Part shown: in pieces, positions 1-10,207 of the stretch | Position numbering within the stretch: position 1 is the first letter of the stretch | How the letters are laid out: each line of letters begins with the position of its first letter | Assembly (NCBI GenBank): GCA_963733035.1 | Contig: CAVTBU010000006.1 | Coordinates: 768,001-832,000, forward strand | DNA from: Pirellulales bacterium | Lineage (GTDB): Bacteria; Planctomycetota; Planctomycetia; Pirellulales; PALSA-1355 | DNA: 64,000 nt | Direction: 5' to 3' | Translations under genes and position numbers: made by a program | The notes under the pieces: model-generated | What the model was told of the DNA's origin: nothing | Database searches by the model: none | The model's input: only the letters and a program-made list of their open reading frames with translations

Positions 1-204
1 CGGTGGCGAATACTTCTTCAATACCCTGCCTCGGCAAAACGTTCGCTGAGCGCGAGGCGAATGCGGTATTCTACCAGCGCGTAGCTGGAAAATTTCCGGA
101 CTTACGGACCCTTCATGCACCGAGGTCGATATCGGGTATGATTTGCGGCAACGTATTTACCGGACGATCGATTTGGGCCAAGACATCGGTACTCGACTGA
201 CGCC

Positions 205-1175
205 ATGCGCACCATGCCAGTCATTGACGTCGAAAACCTTCACAAGCGCTATCGCGACGGTCTGCTGCGCGGGCGGCGCATCGATGCGCTGCGAGGAGTT
301 AGCCTCTCGGTCGATCGCGGCGAGATCTTCGGCCTGCTGGGCCCCAATGGCGCCGGCAAGACCACGCTCATCAAGGTCTTGTTGGGCATCGTCCGCCTCA
401 GCGGCGGTCGGGCCAACTTGCTCGGCCTGCCCGCCGGCAGCCGCCAGGCACGAAAGAACGTTGGCTACCTGCCCGAGAATCATCGCATTCCCAGGCACCA
501 TACGGCCAATTCTGCGTTGGCTTTTTTTGTGCGCTTAGTGGCCTTTCCACGGCTGAGGTTCGGGATCGACGGGCGGCGCTTTTGGCGGCCGTCGGATTGG
601 CCGACTGGGGACGTACGCCCATTCGCAAGTTTTCCAAGGGGATGCTCCAACGCCTGGGGCTGGCGCAGGCGATGTTGCACGATCCTGAGCTGTTGATACT
701 CGACGAGCCGACCGACGGCGTCGATCCTGTCGGACGTAGCGAAATGCGGGCGATCTTGCAGCGGCTGAAATCTCAGGGTAAGTCGATCTTCATCAACAGC
801 CACCTGCTGCAAGAAGTCGAATTGGTTTGCGATCGCGTGGCGATTCTCGACAAGGGCCAGGTATTACACCAAGGGCCAATCGCCGAACTGACTGCCCATC
901 GCAGCGACGCCGACGTGCGACTCGTGGTGCTTGGTAGCGAAACGGCCGTTCGCAAGGCAGTGACCGAAACGCCCATGCTGCAGCTTCAGCTGCTAGGACC
1001 GGCCTCCGGTGATGCCCAGCAGTGGGAACTTTTGCTGCGGGGCGCCGATCAGCCGATGGTCGATCGGCTGGTCGACCGAGTGCGGGCCGCCGGGCTGAGC
1101 CTCGTGTCGATGAGCCGCTCGCGGCAAACGCTGGAGGAGGCTTTCCTGGGAATCCTACGGCAGGCAAGGATGTGA
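205..1175 (+). CDS. ABC transporter ATP-binding protein (single frameshift near 529)
   Basis: Walker A GPNGAGKTT in ORF 205..696; signature FSKGMLQR, Walker B LILDEP and H-loop INSH in ORF 582..1175; adding one base near 529 joins the frames. Confidence 0.9.
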
Positions 1176-3451
1176 TGATGCGACCCTACTTGGCAGTGAT
1201 TCGAGACGCGTTTCACGAGGCACTCGTGTCCCGGGTACTGTGGGTGCTCTTGATCGTGATCACGCTGTTCCTGCTGGCGCTGGTGCCGCTGGGCTTCTCG
1301 CAGCAAGCTGCTTCTTATCTGAACGACGAGGACATCCGCGACCAGGAAAAGCTGATCACACGCATTGTCGCCCAGGGCAATTCCGAGCGACCCACGCCCG
1401 GCAGGCGCATTTGGGAGCACTTTGACGTCGGCATGCAGCAATCGCTGGAGCGCAAACCGACCGAACGTTTTGATCAGCGGATGCGCGAGATCAACTTTGT
1501 TAGCGCTCTGCGAGACGAGCTCAAATCGCCGGATTTCTACGGCAGGGTCGAGTGGAAAATGACGCGACTTTCGGCCGAAGCCCGCCAGCTTGAACAGGAG
1601 GGGCTCAAAAAACTCTCACCCCAGCAAATTGCCAGATTCAATCGACTGGCGCTCGAGGCCGCCTACCCCGACTTGATCGAACCGGCCCCGGCCAAGCAGC
1701 TGCAGCTCAAGTATTTCATCTGGGAGCCAGGCATCCCGCTGCCGCTGGAGCCGGAGCAACTTTACCCAAGCATTAACCAACTGGTGGTCACTGCGCTGGG
1801 CATTCTGCTGGGTGCGTTTGGCGTGTTCATCGCCGTGCTGGTCACGGCCTCGATGATTCCCAACACGTTCGAGGCGGGCAGCGTCGACCTGCTGCTCAGC
1901 AAACCGATTTCGCGCAGCGGCCTGTTTCTGGCCAAGTTCCTTGGCGGCTGCGCGTTCATCGCCATCAATGCGGCTTATTTCATCGTCGGTTTGTGGTTGA
2001 TTCTCGGCTGGCGACTCGGGCTGTGGAACGAGCGATTGCTATGGGCCATCCCGCTGTACGTATTCCTGTTCGCCATCTACTACAGTGTGTCGGCATTGGC
2101 AGGCGTGATTTGGCGAAACGCGATTGTTTCGGTCGTGCTGGCGGTCGTGTTCTGGTTGATTTGCTTTCTCTTGGGTACGGCGGTCAACATGGTCGAACAA
2201 CTATCGCTCAATCCGCGGCGGCTCGTCCAAATCACTCCCGCCGGAGACACGCTGATTGCCGCCAACCAGCGCGAAGTTTTCCGCTGGGACCAAGACCACC
2301 ACGACTGGCAACAGATATTTGCCGGCCGTTCGAGCGGCGAGCCAGCGTTCGTCGTGGTGGCCCGCCTGGTCGGTCCTGTTTACGATCCCCAGAGCGAGCG
2401 GATCCTCGCATTTCGCGCTCCCTTGCCAGGGTTCGGACAGTTCGGCAATGTGAGCCGTTTGCTGATTGGCAATAAGAGCGATGGCTGGCGGCGCATCGAA
2501 GGAGTGACCATTCCCGACGGGGCAGGGGGGCTGTTGGTCGACAATGAGGCAAATGTGTTCGTGACGGCTTCCGGAGGTCTCTACCGCTTGCAAGGGGACA
2601 TCGCTGCCCGACAACAGGATCTCAACCTGTTCGGGTTCCACATTCCGCTCCCCGAATCGCGTGGCAAGTTTGTCCGCATTGGGCCGGAATTACATCTGCG
2701 GCGGCTTGCCGGCTCCGCGATGGATCCACGAAGCGGCGACGCGGTGCTGTTCGATCGCTCGCGGTTAGTTCTACTTCCACGCGACCCAAAAGGAGCGTAT
2801 CGCCAGCGCATCGAGCGGAAGTTTCACGCCACGCTGCCCGGACGTGTGGCCGTCAGCGGAGATCGCGTCTACCTCGCGCTTGGCGGCGGCGAGATACGAC
2901 GGTTTGGACCGCAGTTGCAAGCCTTCCAGTCATTAGACTCGGGCATCAATAGCATGCCGATTTCGACGGCCATCTCTGGCGATGGTCGCTACCTGGCCAT
3001 CGTCTATAAGAACGCGCGGCTTTGGCTATTTGATACCAAGGAGAAAACCAAAGCGCCAATCCACATCGCGGGGCAGGGCGATATCTCCGCCGTGGCATTC
3101 GATGGAAATAAACTTTTCGTGGCGGATCATCTGACGCGGGTTACTCAATACGACGTGTCGAAGCCCGGCATCGTTCGACACTGGCAAGGCAACCAGCCGA
3201 TGGTTGAGAAGGTTTATCGCTACGCGCTGCACCCGATCTATACGTTCTTTCCCAAGCCGGGCGAATTGAACCAGACTGTCAATCACGTACTCACCTCCGA
3301 CGACGTCAAGGTCGCCGGCCCGCGGCTGGGCGAGGATCAGCCTGAAATGCCGGAGCAAGTTGACGTGTGGGGGCCGGTGTGGAGCAATCTGCTATTTCTC
3401 GCCGTCGTGTTGGCTATTGCGTGCGTATACGTTCGGCGTCGAGACTTTTGA
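1175..3451 (+). CDS. ABC-2-type transporter permease with large extracytoplasmic beta-propeller-like domain
   Basis: ATG overlaps the upstream TGA (TGATG); TM segments; 'GSVDLLLSKPISRSGLFLAKFLG' ABC-2 motif; ends in RRRDF. Confidence 0.85.
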   Translation: MMRPYLAVIRDAFHEALVSRVLWVLLIVITLFLLALVPLGFSQQAASYLNDEDIRDQEKLITRIVAQGNSERPTPGRRIWEHFDVGMQQSLERKPTERFDQRMREINFVSALRDELKSPDFYGRVEWKMTRLSAEARQLEQEGLKKLSPQQIARFNRLALEAAYPDLIEPAPAKQLQLKYFIWEPGIPLPLEPEQLYPSINQLVVTALGILLGAFGVFIAVLVTASMIPNTFEAGSVDLLLSKPISRSGLFLAKFLGGCAFIAINAAYFIVGLWLILGWRLGLWNERLLWAIPLYVFLFAIYYSVSALAGVIWRNAIVSVVLAVVFWLICFLLGTAVNMVEQLSLNPRRLVQITPAGDTLIAANQREVFRWDQDHHDWQQIFAGRSSGEPAFVVVARLVGPVYDPQSERILAFRAPLPGFGQFGNVSRLLIGNKSDGWRRIEGVTIPDGAGGLLVDNEANVFVTASGGLYRLQGDIAARQQDLNLFGFHIPLPESRGKFVRIGPELHLRRLAGSAMDPRSGDAVLFDRSRLVLLPRDPKGAYRQRIERKFHATLPGRVAVSGDRVYLALGGGEIRRFGPQLQAFQSLDSGINSMPISTAISGDGRYLAIVYKNARLWLFDTKEKTKAPIHIAGQGDISAVAFDGNKLFVADHLTRVTQYDVSKPGIVRHWQGNQPMVEKVYRYALHPIYTFFPKPGELNQTVNHVLTSDDVKVAGPRLGEDQPEMPEQVDVWGPVWSNLLFLAVVLAIACVYVRRRDF

Positions 3452-3522
3452 GATTTGTGCGCGCAAAACAGGTCCGCCGGCAAGGCCGGGGGCTAACCGG
3501 AAAACGCGACACCACGGACGTA

Positions 3523-5619
3523 TTACTTTCGTGGTTGCATGAGTTCGTCGGCCAGTTCGCCTGCGTCGTACACTTTTCGCAGTGCCTCGATGATTGCCGA
3601 GGAGTGTACCGAGACGGCTCGGGCCACTTTGTCGGTATAGACGAAATCGAGCACCAACGACTGTATATTACCGTCGAAAATTAAGCCCACGACCTCTCCC
3701 GCGCGGTTGACGACCGGGCTGCCGGAGTTGCCGCCGATGATGTCGGCCGTGCTCACAAAGTTGAACGGTGTATCAAGGTTCAGCTTCGATTTGTCTTCGA
3801 GCCACGACTTGGGAAGCTCAAATGGCGGCACGCTGCCATGTTCCAGGGCATGCTCGTAGGCCCCGCCGATGGTCGTCCAGGGCGGAACGGCTTTGCCTTG
3901 ATCCTCGTAGCCCTTGACCTGCCCGAAGGCCAGCCGCAAGGTGAACGTGGCATCCGGATAAGTGCTCGTACCCTCGATGGCGAACTTTGCCCGGGCGATC
4001 TTGGCATAGGCCTGCCGCAGCGGTTCCTCGACTTTCTCTTCGTACGTCTTGCGAACGTCGCGTGCCGTGGGATCGACCGTTCGAGCCAGTACAATTAGCG
4101 GATCGTCGGAAGCGGCAATCGCGCTTGCGCCCCCTTCGGCCAGTTGCTTGCGAACGTTGACGTCGGTCAGCTTCGTGCCCGAGATTAACTGGGCGGCACG
4201 ATCGGCCGGCGAGAGGTTGGCCATCACCTCCTTGACCAGCGCGTTCTCGGCCCCGGCTTGTTCGATCAGGTAGCTGAGCGAGTCGGTTAGTTTGACCGTT
4301 TCGAGGTTGGAGTAAATCGGCGCTTCGGAAAACAGCTGTTGCTTGAGCGAATCGAGCCCCGCCTCGGCATATTCGCGCAGGCGGTCTTCGTTGGGCTTGG
4401 CCGTTTCGGTCGCCAAACGTATCAGACCCCGGGCAATACCATACAGCTCGGTGTTAAAGGCCATGGCCCGTTCGTAAAGAGTGTAGTCGGTGTAGACTTG
4501 TCGCCACTGGTCGATGGCCGTTTCCACTTCCAGCCAGGCGCCGCGTACATCCTTAAGCTTCGGATCATTGTCGACGGCCTCGCGCAGCGCCTTTTCGGCC
4601 TTCCGCTTGGCGTCCATGATGGCCGGCGTCTGCAAACCTGCCAGGCCGCCGAGCCGCGCTTTCCGTGAGTTTTGATACCCGAACAGTTCGTCGCGGGCAC
4701 GGCGGGCGTTCTCCAGGCCACGGCTACTGTAGACCTGCAGATTCACCTCGCGGCGGCGAATAATGTTGAGCAGGTTCGGAAATACCGTGTCGCGCAAGAA
4801 CTCCAGATGCGCCACCGTGTTCAACCGGTCGGTGCGCCCTGGATGTCCGGCCACGAAAATCAGTTCCTCGTCCTCGGCACCGGACTTGCTCCAGCTCAAG
4901 TGGTCGGGCGGCGTGGCAGGCTTGCCGTCTTCATAAATTCGGAAGAAGCTGACATCGAGGTCGTACCGGGGATATTCGAAGTTGTCTGGATCGCCGCCAA
5001 AAAAGGCGATGTCCTTCTCCGGCGCGAACACCAGCCGCACGTCGGTGTATTTCTTGTAGCGATACAGGTTGTAACGGCCGCCCTGAAACAGCGTCACCAC
5101 GTCGCTCCGCAGACCGGTCTTGTCGAACGATTCCTTTTCGATCGTATTGCTCACCGCGCGGCGGGCCTGCTGGGCTTCGGCCGGACTCATGCCCGGTTTC
5201 ACGGCCGCGTTGACTCGTTCGGTGACGTCTTCGATCGACATCAGCACGTTCAATTCCATGTCCACGCACTTGAGCTCCTCGGCATTCGTGCGGGCATGAA
5301 ACCCGGTTTTCAGCAAATCGCGGTCGGCCGAGCTCAGCTTGTGCAGAGCGTCGGCGGCCACGTGATGATTCGTCATCACCAGGCCGTCAGCCGAAACGAA
5401 CGAGCCAGAACCGCCGCTGTTGAACCGCACGGCCGACTTCTGTAGATGCTCGAGCCACTCGTCCGAAGGATCGAAGCCATAACGCTGCTCGAGCACCTTG
5501 CGTGGCGGCTGGTTGAATAGCCACATCCCTTCATCGGCAAACACGGCAGATCCCCAGGTGGAAAATAAGGTGACGGCCAGCACGGTCACGAGCCAAGGCA
5601 AATGTCGGGTGCAAAGCAT
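3523..5619 (-). CDS. S46 family dipeptidyl peptidase (DPP7/DPP11-like)
   Basis: Signal peptide followed by DEGMW; TNHH; DNFEYPR; DIIGGNSGSP serine motif; GLIFDGN. Confidence 0.95.
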   Translation of the reverse strand: MLCTRHLPWLVTVLAVTLFSTWGSAVFADEGMWLFNQPPRKVLEQRYGFDPSDEWLEHLQKSAVRFNSGGSGSFVSADGLVMTNHHVAADALHKLSSADRDLLKTGFHARTNAEELKCVDMELNVLMSIEDVTERVNAAVKPGMSPAEAQQARRAVSNTIEKESFDKTGLRSDVVTLFQGGRYNLYRYKKYTDVRLVFAPEKDIAFFGGDPDNFEYPRYDLDVSFFRIYEDGKPATPPDHLSWSKSGAEDEELIFVAGHPGRTDRLNTVAHLEFLRDTVFPNLLNIIRRREVNLQVYSSRGLENARRARDELFGYQNSRKARLGGLAGLQTPAIMDAKRKAEKALREAVDNDPKLKDVRGAWLEVETAIDQWRQVYTDYTLYERAMAFNTELYGIARGLIRLATETAKPNEDRLREYAEAGLDSLKQQLFSEAPIYSNLETVKLTDSLSYLIEQAGAENALVKEVMANLSPADRAAQLISGTKLTDVNVRKQLAEGGASAIAASDDPLIVLARTVDPTARDVRKTYEEKVEEPLRQAYAKIARAKFAIEGTSTYPDATFTLRLAFGQVKGYEDQGKAVPPWTTIGGAYEHALEHGSVPPFELPKSWLEDKSKLNLDTPFNFVSTADIIGGNSGSPVVNRAGEVVGLIFDGNIQSLVLDFVYTDKVARAVSVHSSAIIEALRKVYDAGELADELMQPRK

Positions 5620-5655
5620 GGTCGAAGCCTTTGTACGTGAAGTGTGAAAACAAAC

Positions 5656-7929
5656 CTACTTACCGCCGGAACCGCGCTGGGTGCGCAGCTTGGCATCGCG
5701 GAATAAAACGCCCACGCCGGTCAGGAACAACACAAAAATCAAAATGGCAAATGTGCCAACGGCGGGCCAGTTGCTGTCGACCCACCAGGCCGGCAATTTG
5801 GATGATAGATTAAGCTTTTCGAGCCATGTTTGCTTGAATGCCAGAAACCCGATCAGCACGCCCGCAATCGAGCCGCCGGCAATGTAGCCCGAACTAAGCA
5901 GCACGGCGGGGCTGCTGTCGGAGTCGTCCGGATGGCTGCTCAATTTGTCGGCCACCCAGCGCACCATGCCACCGATGAAGATTGGCATCGAGGTTTGAAT
6001 CGGCAGATAAACGCCCACGGCAAACGGCAGCGACGGCACGCCCGCCAATTCGAGCACGATGGCGATCAGCGCTCCGATGATCACGAGCTCCCAGGGCAAT
6101 TTGCCGTTAAGAATTCCATCGATGATCAGGGCCATTAGTCGCGTTTTGGGGGCTTCGAGCTTGTTGGTCACCTCGGTCCCGTCGTCGCGGTGGCTGACGC
6201 GTCCGTTGATCGCCGGATCGACCAAATAGGCCAGCTGCCCCCGGTCGTCGACCAAGTACTTTCCGGCGGGAATTCCGGGGTATTCCCCTTCGGCGGCGTG
6301 CAGGACGTGATACTGGGTGTCATCTTTGCCGGCATAGTCGCCACCGGGCGATTCCGTTTCGGTCAGCCGGTCAACGTCGGTAATGCGCACCCGCGGCACA
6401 TATTCGGGGCGCTTGGTGTAAACCGTTCCCGACGCATTGAGCAATTGCAGTGTTAGTCCAATTACAAGGGCCGAAGTCAGCGCTCCGACGAGAATCGCGA
6501 TTTGCTGTAGCCACGGAGTGCCGCCGACGAGATAGCCGGTCTTAAGGTCTTGCGACGTCGTGCCGCCGTTGGACGCCGCGATACAAACGACGGCCGCGAT
6601 TGTCAGTGCCGTCAGCGTGGCCGCCTTGCCGGTATTACCCATCGCCACGAACGCCAGGCAGGTCAGCAGCAACGTGGCCACCGTCATTCCGGAGATCGGA
6701 TTCGACGACGAGCCGATTTCGCCGGTCAGGCGGGAGGAGACCGTCACGAATAGGAAGCCGAACAGCACGATCAGCGCCGCGCCCACCAGTCCGAAGGTGC
6801 TGAATCCCAGGCCAAGTTGTGGCAGGGCCGCCATCGCCAGGATGAGCACGATACTGCCAACCAACACGATCCACAGCGGCAGGTCGCGCTCGGTACGGGG
6901 CAGCTTCCACCGGGAACCCTTTTCTCCCTTGGTCGCGGCCAGATCTCCCAGCGCACCGCGAAGCGAGTGAAAGATCATCGGCATCACCTGGAACATGCTG
7001 ATGATGCCCCCGGTCGCCACGGCACCGGCCCCGATATAGAGGATGTAGTTGTTGCGAATCGCATGCACGTCCATGTCGCGAATTAACATGTCGGACGACG
7101 GCGCTACCGGCGTGGCAATGTTGTCGCCGAACATCTTGATGAGCGGTGCAATCACTAGGTACGCCAACACGCCGCCCGAAACCATGATCGACGCGATTCG
7201 CGGGCCGATGATATAGCCCACGCCCAACAACTCCGGCGCCAACTCGCCTCCGATCACGCCGCCGCGCAGGCCGGCGCCACTTTGCGTATAGAGGTTTTGG
7301 TCGACGTCGCGCTTCCAGAGGTGCAGGGCGTCCATCAGGAATTTGTGCACCGTCGCCAATCCGAAGCCAAAGAACACGGTCTTCGCCGAGGCGCCCCCTT
7401 CCTCGCCCACGATCAGCACGTCGGCGCAGGCCGTTCCCTCGGGATAGCGGAGGATACCGTGCTGTTGGACGATGAACGCCCGCCGCAGGGGAATCATCAT
7501 CAGGATGCCCAACAGGCCGCCCAGCGAGCCGACCGTCATCACACGGACGATTGTCATGTCGTGCCCCAGCAGCAGCAGGGCGGGAATCGTCACGCCCAGC
7601 CCAAAGGCAATCGATTCGCCGGCCGAACCGGTGGTCTGCACGATGTTATTTTCGAGAATCGTGGCTGGACGCAGGCGAAAGATTTTGGACGTAAGCCGAA
7701 ACAATGTGATCGACAGCACGGCTACCGGAATCGAAGCCGAAACGGTCATGCCGACCTTCAGCACCAGGTATAGCGACGAGGCGCCGAAAACGATGCCCAG
7801 GATCACGCCGGCAATGACAGCGCCCCAAGTGAACTCCGGCATCGTTACGTTGGCCGGAATGTACGATTGATGCGCGCCGCCCGAAGACGTGCTTGCCCCC
7901 CCCTTTTTTTCAGTGGTCGGAGCTGCCAT
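5656..7929 (-). CDS. Oligopeptide transporter, OPT family
   Basis: LKVGMTVSASIP, ENNIVQT, YPEGTACA, GSSSNPISGM and QDLKTGYLVG motifs; many TM helices. Confidence 0.93.
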   Translation of the reverse strand: MAAPTTEKKGGASTSSGGAHQSYIPANVTMPEFTWGAVIAGVILGIVFGASSLYLVLKVGMTVSASIPVAVLSITLFRLTSKIFRLRPATILENNIVQTTGSAGESIAFGLGVTIPALLLLGHDMTIVRVMTVGSLGGLLGILMMIPLRRAFIVQQHGILRYPEGTACADVLIVGEEGGASAKTVFFGFGLATVHKFLMDALHLWKRDVDQNLYTQSGAGLRGGVIGGELAPELLGVGYIIGPRIASIMVSGGVLAYLVIAPLIKMFGDNIATPVAPSSDMLIRDMDVHAIRNNYILYIGAGAVATGGIISMFQVMPMIFHSLRGALGDLAATKGEKGSRWKLPRTERDLPLWIVLVGSIVLILAMAALPQLGLGFSTFGLVGAALIVLFGFLFVTVSSRLTGEIGSSSNPISGMTVATLLLTCLAFVAMGNTGKAATLTALTIAAVVCIAASNGGTTSQDLKTGYLVGGTPWLQQIAILVGALTSALVIGLTLQLLNASGTVYTKRPEYVPRVRITDVDRLTETESPGGDYAGKDDTQYHVLHAAEGEYPGIPAGKYLVDDRGQLAYLVDPAINGRVSHRDDGTEVTNKLEAPKTRLMALIIDGILNGKLPWELVIIGALIAIVLELAGVPSLPFAVGVYLPIQTSMPIFIGGMVRWVADKLSSHPDDSDSSPAVLLSSGYIAGGSIAGVLIGFLAFKQTWLEKLNLSSKLPAWWVDSNWPAVGTFAILIFVLFLTGVGVLFRDAKLRTQRGSGGK

Positions 7930-8199
7930 GCCAAAACGTTTCTGCGGGTGAAGCGAACGGCCCTGGGTGGACGGGCCAGCGAGCGAGCCCACATTCTATC
8001 GAGCCTTGTCCAGCGCGACCATCGTATTTAAGGGCCACTCTTGGCGACATTTCCGGCGAGACACAAACCGTCGGCTCCCTTGCCAGCGGCGCACTCGACG
8101 ATATCCTCAGAGAGCCTTTGTACGGCGGACTGGCGCGAGGCGCTCTCGCCGCGTCCAAGGGCCTTCTGTTCAACTGCATCGTCACGAAAGGAACCGGGC

Positions 8200-8670
8200 G
8201 TGATTCGACCAACCGAGCCCTCCGATACGCAAACGCTGGTGGTCGTGGCCGCCGAGACCGGGGTGTTCAAGCCAATGGAGTTGCTGGCGCTGGAGGAGGT
8301 GCTGTGCGACTATTTTGCCACCAACAGGGCGCTGGGCCATTGCTCGGCAACCTTCGAGGTGGAAAGAAAGATCCTCGGCTTCGTCTACTTTGCGCCGGCT
8401 GCCATGACCGACCGCACGTGGTACCTCTACTGGATTGCGGTTAGCCCAGCGGCGCAAACGAAGGGAATCGGAGCGCAACTGATCGAGTACGTCGAGAATG
8501 CAATTCGCCAGCAGCGAGGTCGCCTACTGCTGGTGGAAACCAGTTCGCTCCCCCACTATGAACCCGCGCGAATGTTTTACGCCAAACACGGCTACCTGCA
8601 GGCGGCCGTAATTGCGGGATACTATGCCGCGGGGGACGACATGGTCGTCTTCAGCAAGTCGCTGGAGTGA
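8200..8670 (+). CDS. GNAT family N-acetyltransferase
   Basis: GTG start after AAAGGA; WIAVSPAAQTKGIG acetyl-CoA motif; ARMFYAKHGY. Confidence 0.88.
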   Translation: MIRPTEPSDTQTLVVVAAETGVFKPMELLALEEVLCDYFATNRALGHCSATFEVERKILGFVYFAPAAMTDRTWYLYWIAVSPAAQTKGIGAQLIEYVENAIRQQRGRLLLVETSSLPHYEPARMFYAKHGYLQAAVIAGYYAAGDDMVVFSKSLE

Positions 8671-8686
8671 CCGACGCCGCGGGCGG

Positions 8687-10039
8687 CTAATCGACGATCT
8701 TTAGATTCGGCAGCACGTCCCGCAGCTTTTGCTGACCCTCTTCGGTCGTTTGCGTGAAACTGAGCGTCAGTTCCTTGAGGTTCTTGAGGTCCTGCAGCTG
8801 CTGAAGCCCTTCATCCGTCACTTGCGTGTTCGCCAGATTCAAGTTTTCCAGGTTGGTAAGGTTCTTCAGGTTCTTGACGCCCTCGTCGGTCGTACGCGTG
8901 CCGTCGAGGTTCAGGTACTTCAAATTGACCAGGTCCTTCAGATACGGCAGTCCGGCGTCGCTGACGTCGGTGTTCCAAAGATCAAGCTGTTCGAGCGACG
9001 TGAGGCCCTGAATGTGCTCGAGGCCTTCGTCGCCGGCGACCGTTTCCGCCAGGTCGAGCACTTTCAGCTTCGGCATCTCCTTCAGATAGACCAGCCCGGT
9101 ACCGTCGATTCCCGCTGCCCGCAGTTCAAGTCGCTTCATTTCGTGGAGGTCCTTCAGATGCACAAGGCCTTCGTCGGTGATGTTCGTGCGCATCAGGTAG
9201 AGCTCGTCGAGCTTGGGCATGCCTTCGAGGTTGACCAGGCCGGCGTCGCTGACTTGCGCGGCGTCTTCAAAGCCGATGCCCCGCATCTTGTTCAGGCCCT
9301 TGAGCGCTTCCAACCCGGCATCGGTCACGTTGGGGCTGCGGAGCTTAAGCCGCTCGAGATTCTTCAGATTCGCCAGATGTTCGAGCCCCACGTCGGTGAC
9401 CAGGACGCAACCTCGCAGATCGAGCACGCGCAGTTTCGGTAACTTGGCAACATGCTCCATGCCTGGATCGCCAAAGTTGTTGTATAGCAGAATCAACACT
9501 TCCAGGTTCGGCAGCTTCGTCAGGTGTTCGAGCGAGGCATCGGTAAGGTACGACGAGCGCCGCAGATTGAGGGCTTTAAGCGTCGGCAGTTCGGCCAACT
9601 TGGCCAACCCGTCGTCGGTGATCTCCGTGTTTTCGAGCGAAAGTTCGTGTAGCTTCAGGCCCTTCAGCTTGTCGAGCGTGTCGTTGTTGATTTCCGCGCC
9701 CCACAGGTCAAGCTGTTGGAGCTTGGGAAGCTTTGCTAATTCCGCGAAGTCGAAACTTTTGACCTGTGGCGTGTTGAATTCGACCGCGGTGATCCAGTCG
9801 CCAGGACGGGTTATCTTGCCGCCGGCCTTTTCGATCGCCGCCACGGCCTGTGGATCGTCGGAAGGCGTCGCGGGCTCAGCCGACGCCTCGTTGGCCGCCT
9901 CTTCGGTTTCGCTGGCGGCCGACTTCTCAGCCGGGGCGCTCGCTGCTTCAGTCGAAGATTCCTGCTTCGCACAGCCGCCCCCCAAGCAGAGCGACAGCAA
10001 CAGGGCCAACAGCGAAAACGGCAATCCGCGGTAAATCAT
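8687..10039 (-). CDS. Leucine-rich-repeat lipoprotein
   Basis: Lipobox-like LGGGC, Ala/Glu-rich linker, then about 14 repeats of roughly 24 aa (LxxLxLxxTxVTDxGLxxL). Confidence 0.88.
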   Translation of the reverse strand: MIYRGLPFSLLALLLSLCLGGGCAKQESSTEAASAPAEKSAASETEEAANEASAEPATPSDDPQAVAAIEKAGGKITRPGDWITAVEFNTPQVKSFDFAELAKLPKLQQLDLWGAEINNDTLDKLKGLKLHELSLENTEITDDGLAKLAELPTLKALNLRRSSYLTDASLEHLTKLPNLEVLILLYNNFGDPGMEHVAKLPKLRVLDLRGCVLVTDVGLEHLANLKNLERLKLRSPNVTDAGLEALKGLNKMRGIGFEDAAQVSDAGLVNLEGMPKLDELYLMRTNITDEGLVHLKDLHEMKRLELRAAGIDGTGLVYLKEMPKLKVLDLAETVAGDEGLEHIQGLTSLEQLDLWNTDVSDAGLPYLKDLVNLKYLNLDGTRTTDEGVKNLKNLTNLENLNLANTQVTDEGLQQLQDLKNLKELTLSFTQTTEEGQQKLRDVLPNLKIVD

Positions 10040-10149
10040 CGAAAGCTTCCTTCTCGGCAAAAATCGGGGGGTTGGGCGGGCCGCCGGCCAGCTCTTGGGC
10101 CAACTTCCACTTGCCAGCGGCTTTGGTGCAGACCCGCTCAAATAAGAAC

Positions 10150-10186
10150 GGCTGCGAAGGGCCCGCTTTCAGGCCCCTCGCAGCCG
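10150..10186. terminator. Hairpin after the oxidoreductase gene (possible terminator)
   Basis: CGGCTGCGAAGGGCC...GGCCCCTCGCAGCCG inverted repeat; TTCTTATTT follows on the minus strand. Confidence 0.6.
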
Positions 10187-10207
10187 GATCATCTTAACGC
10201 GCGACGC

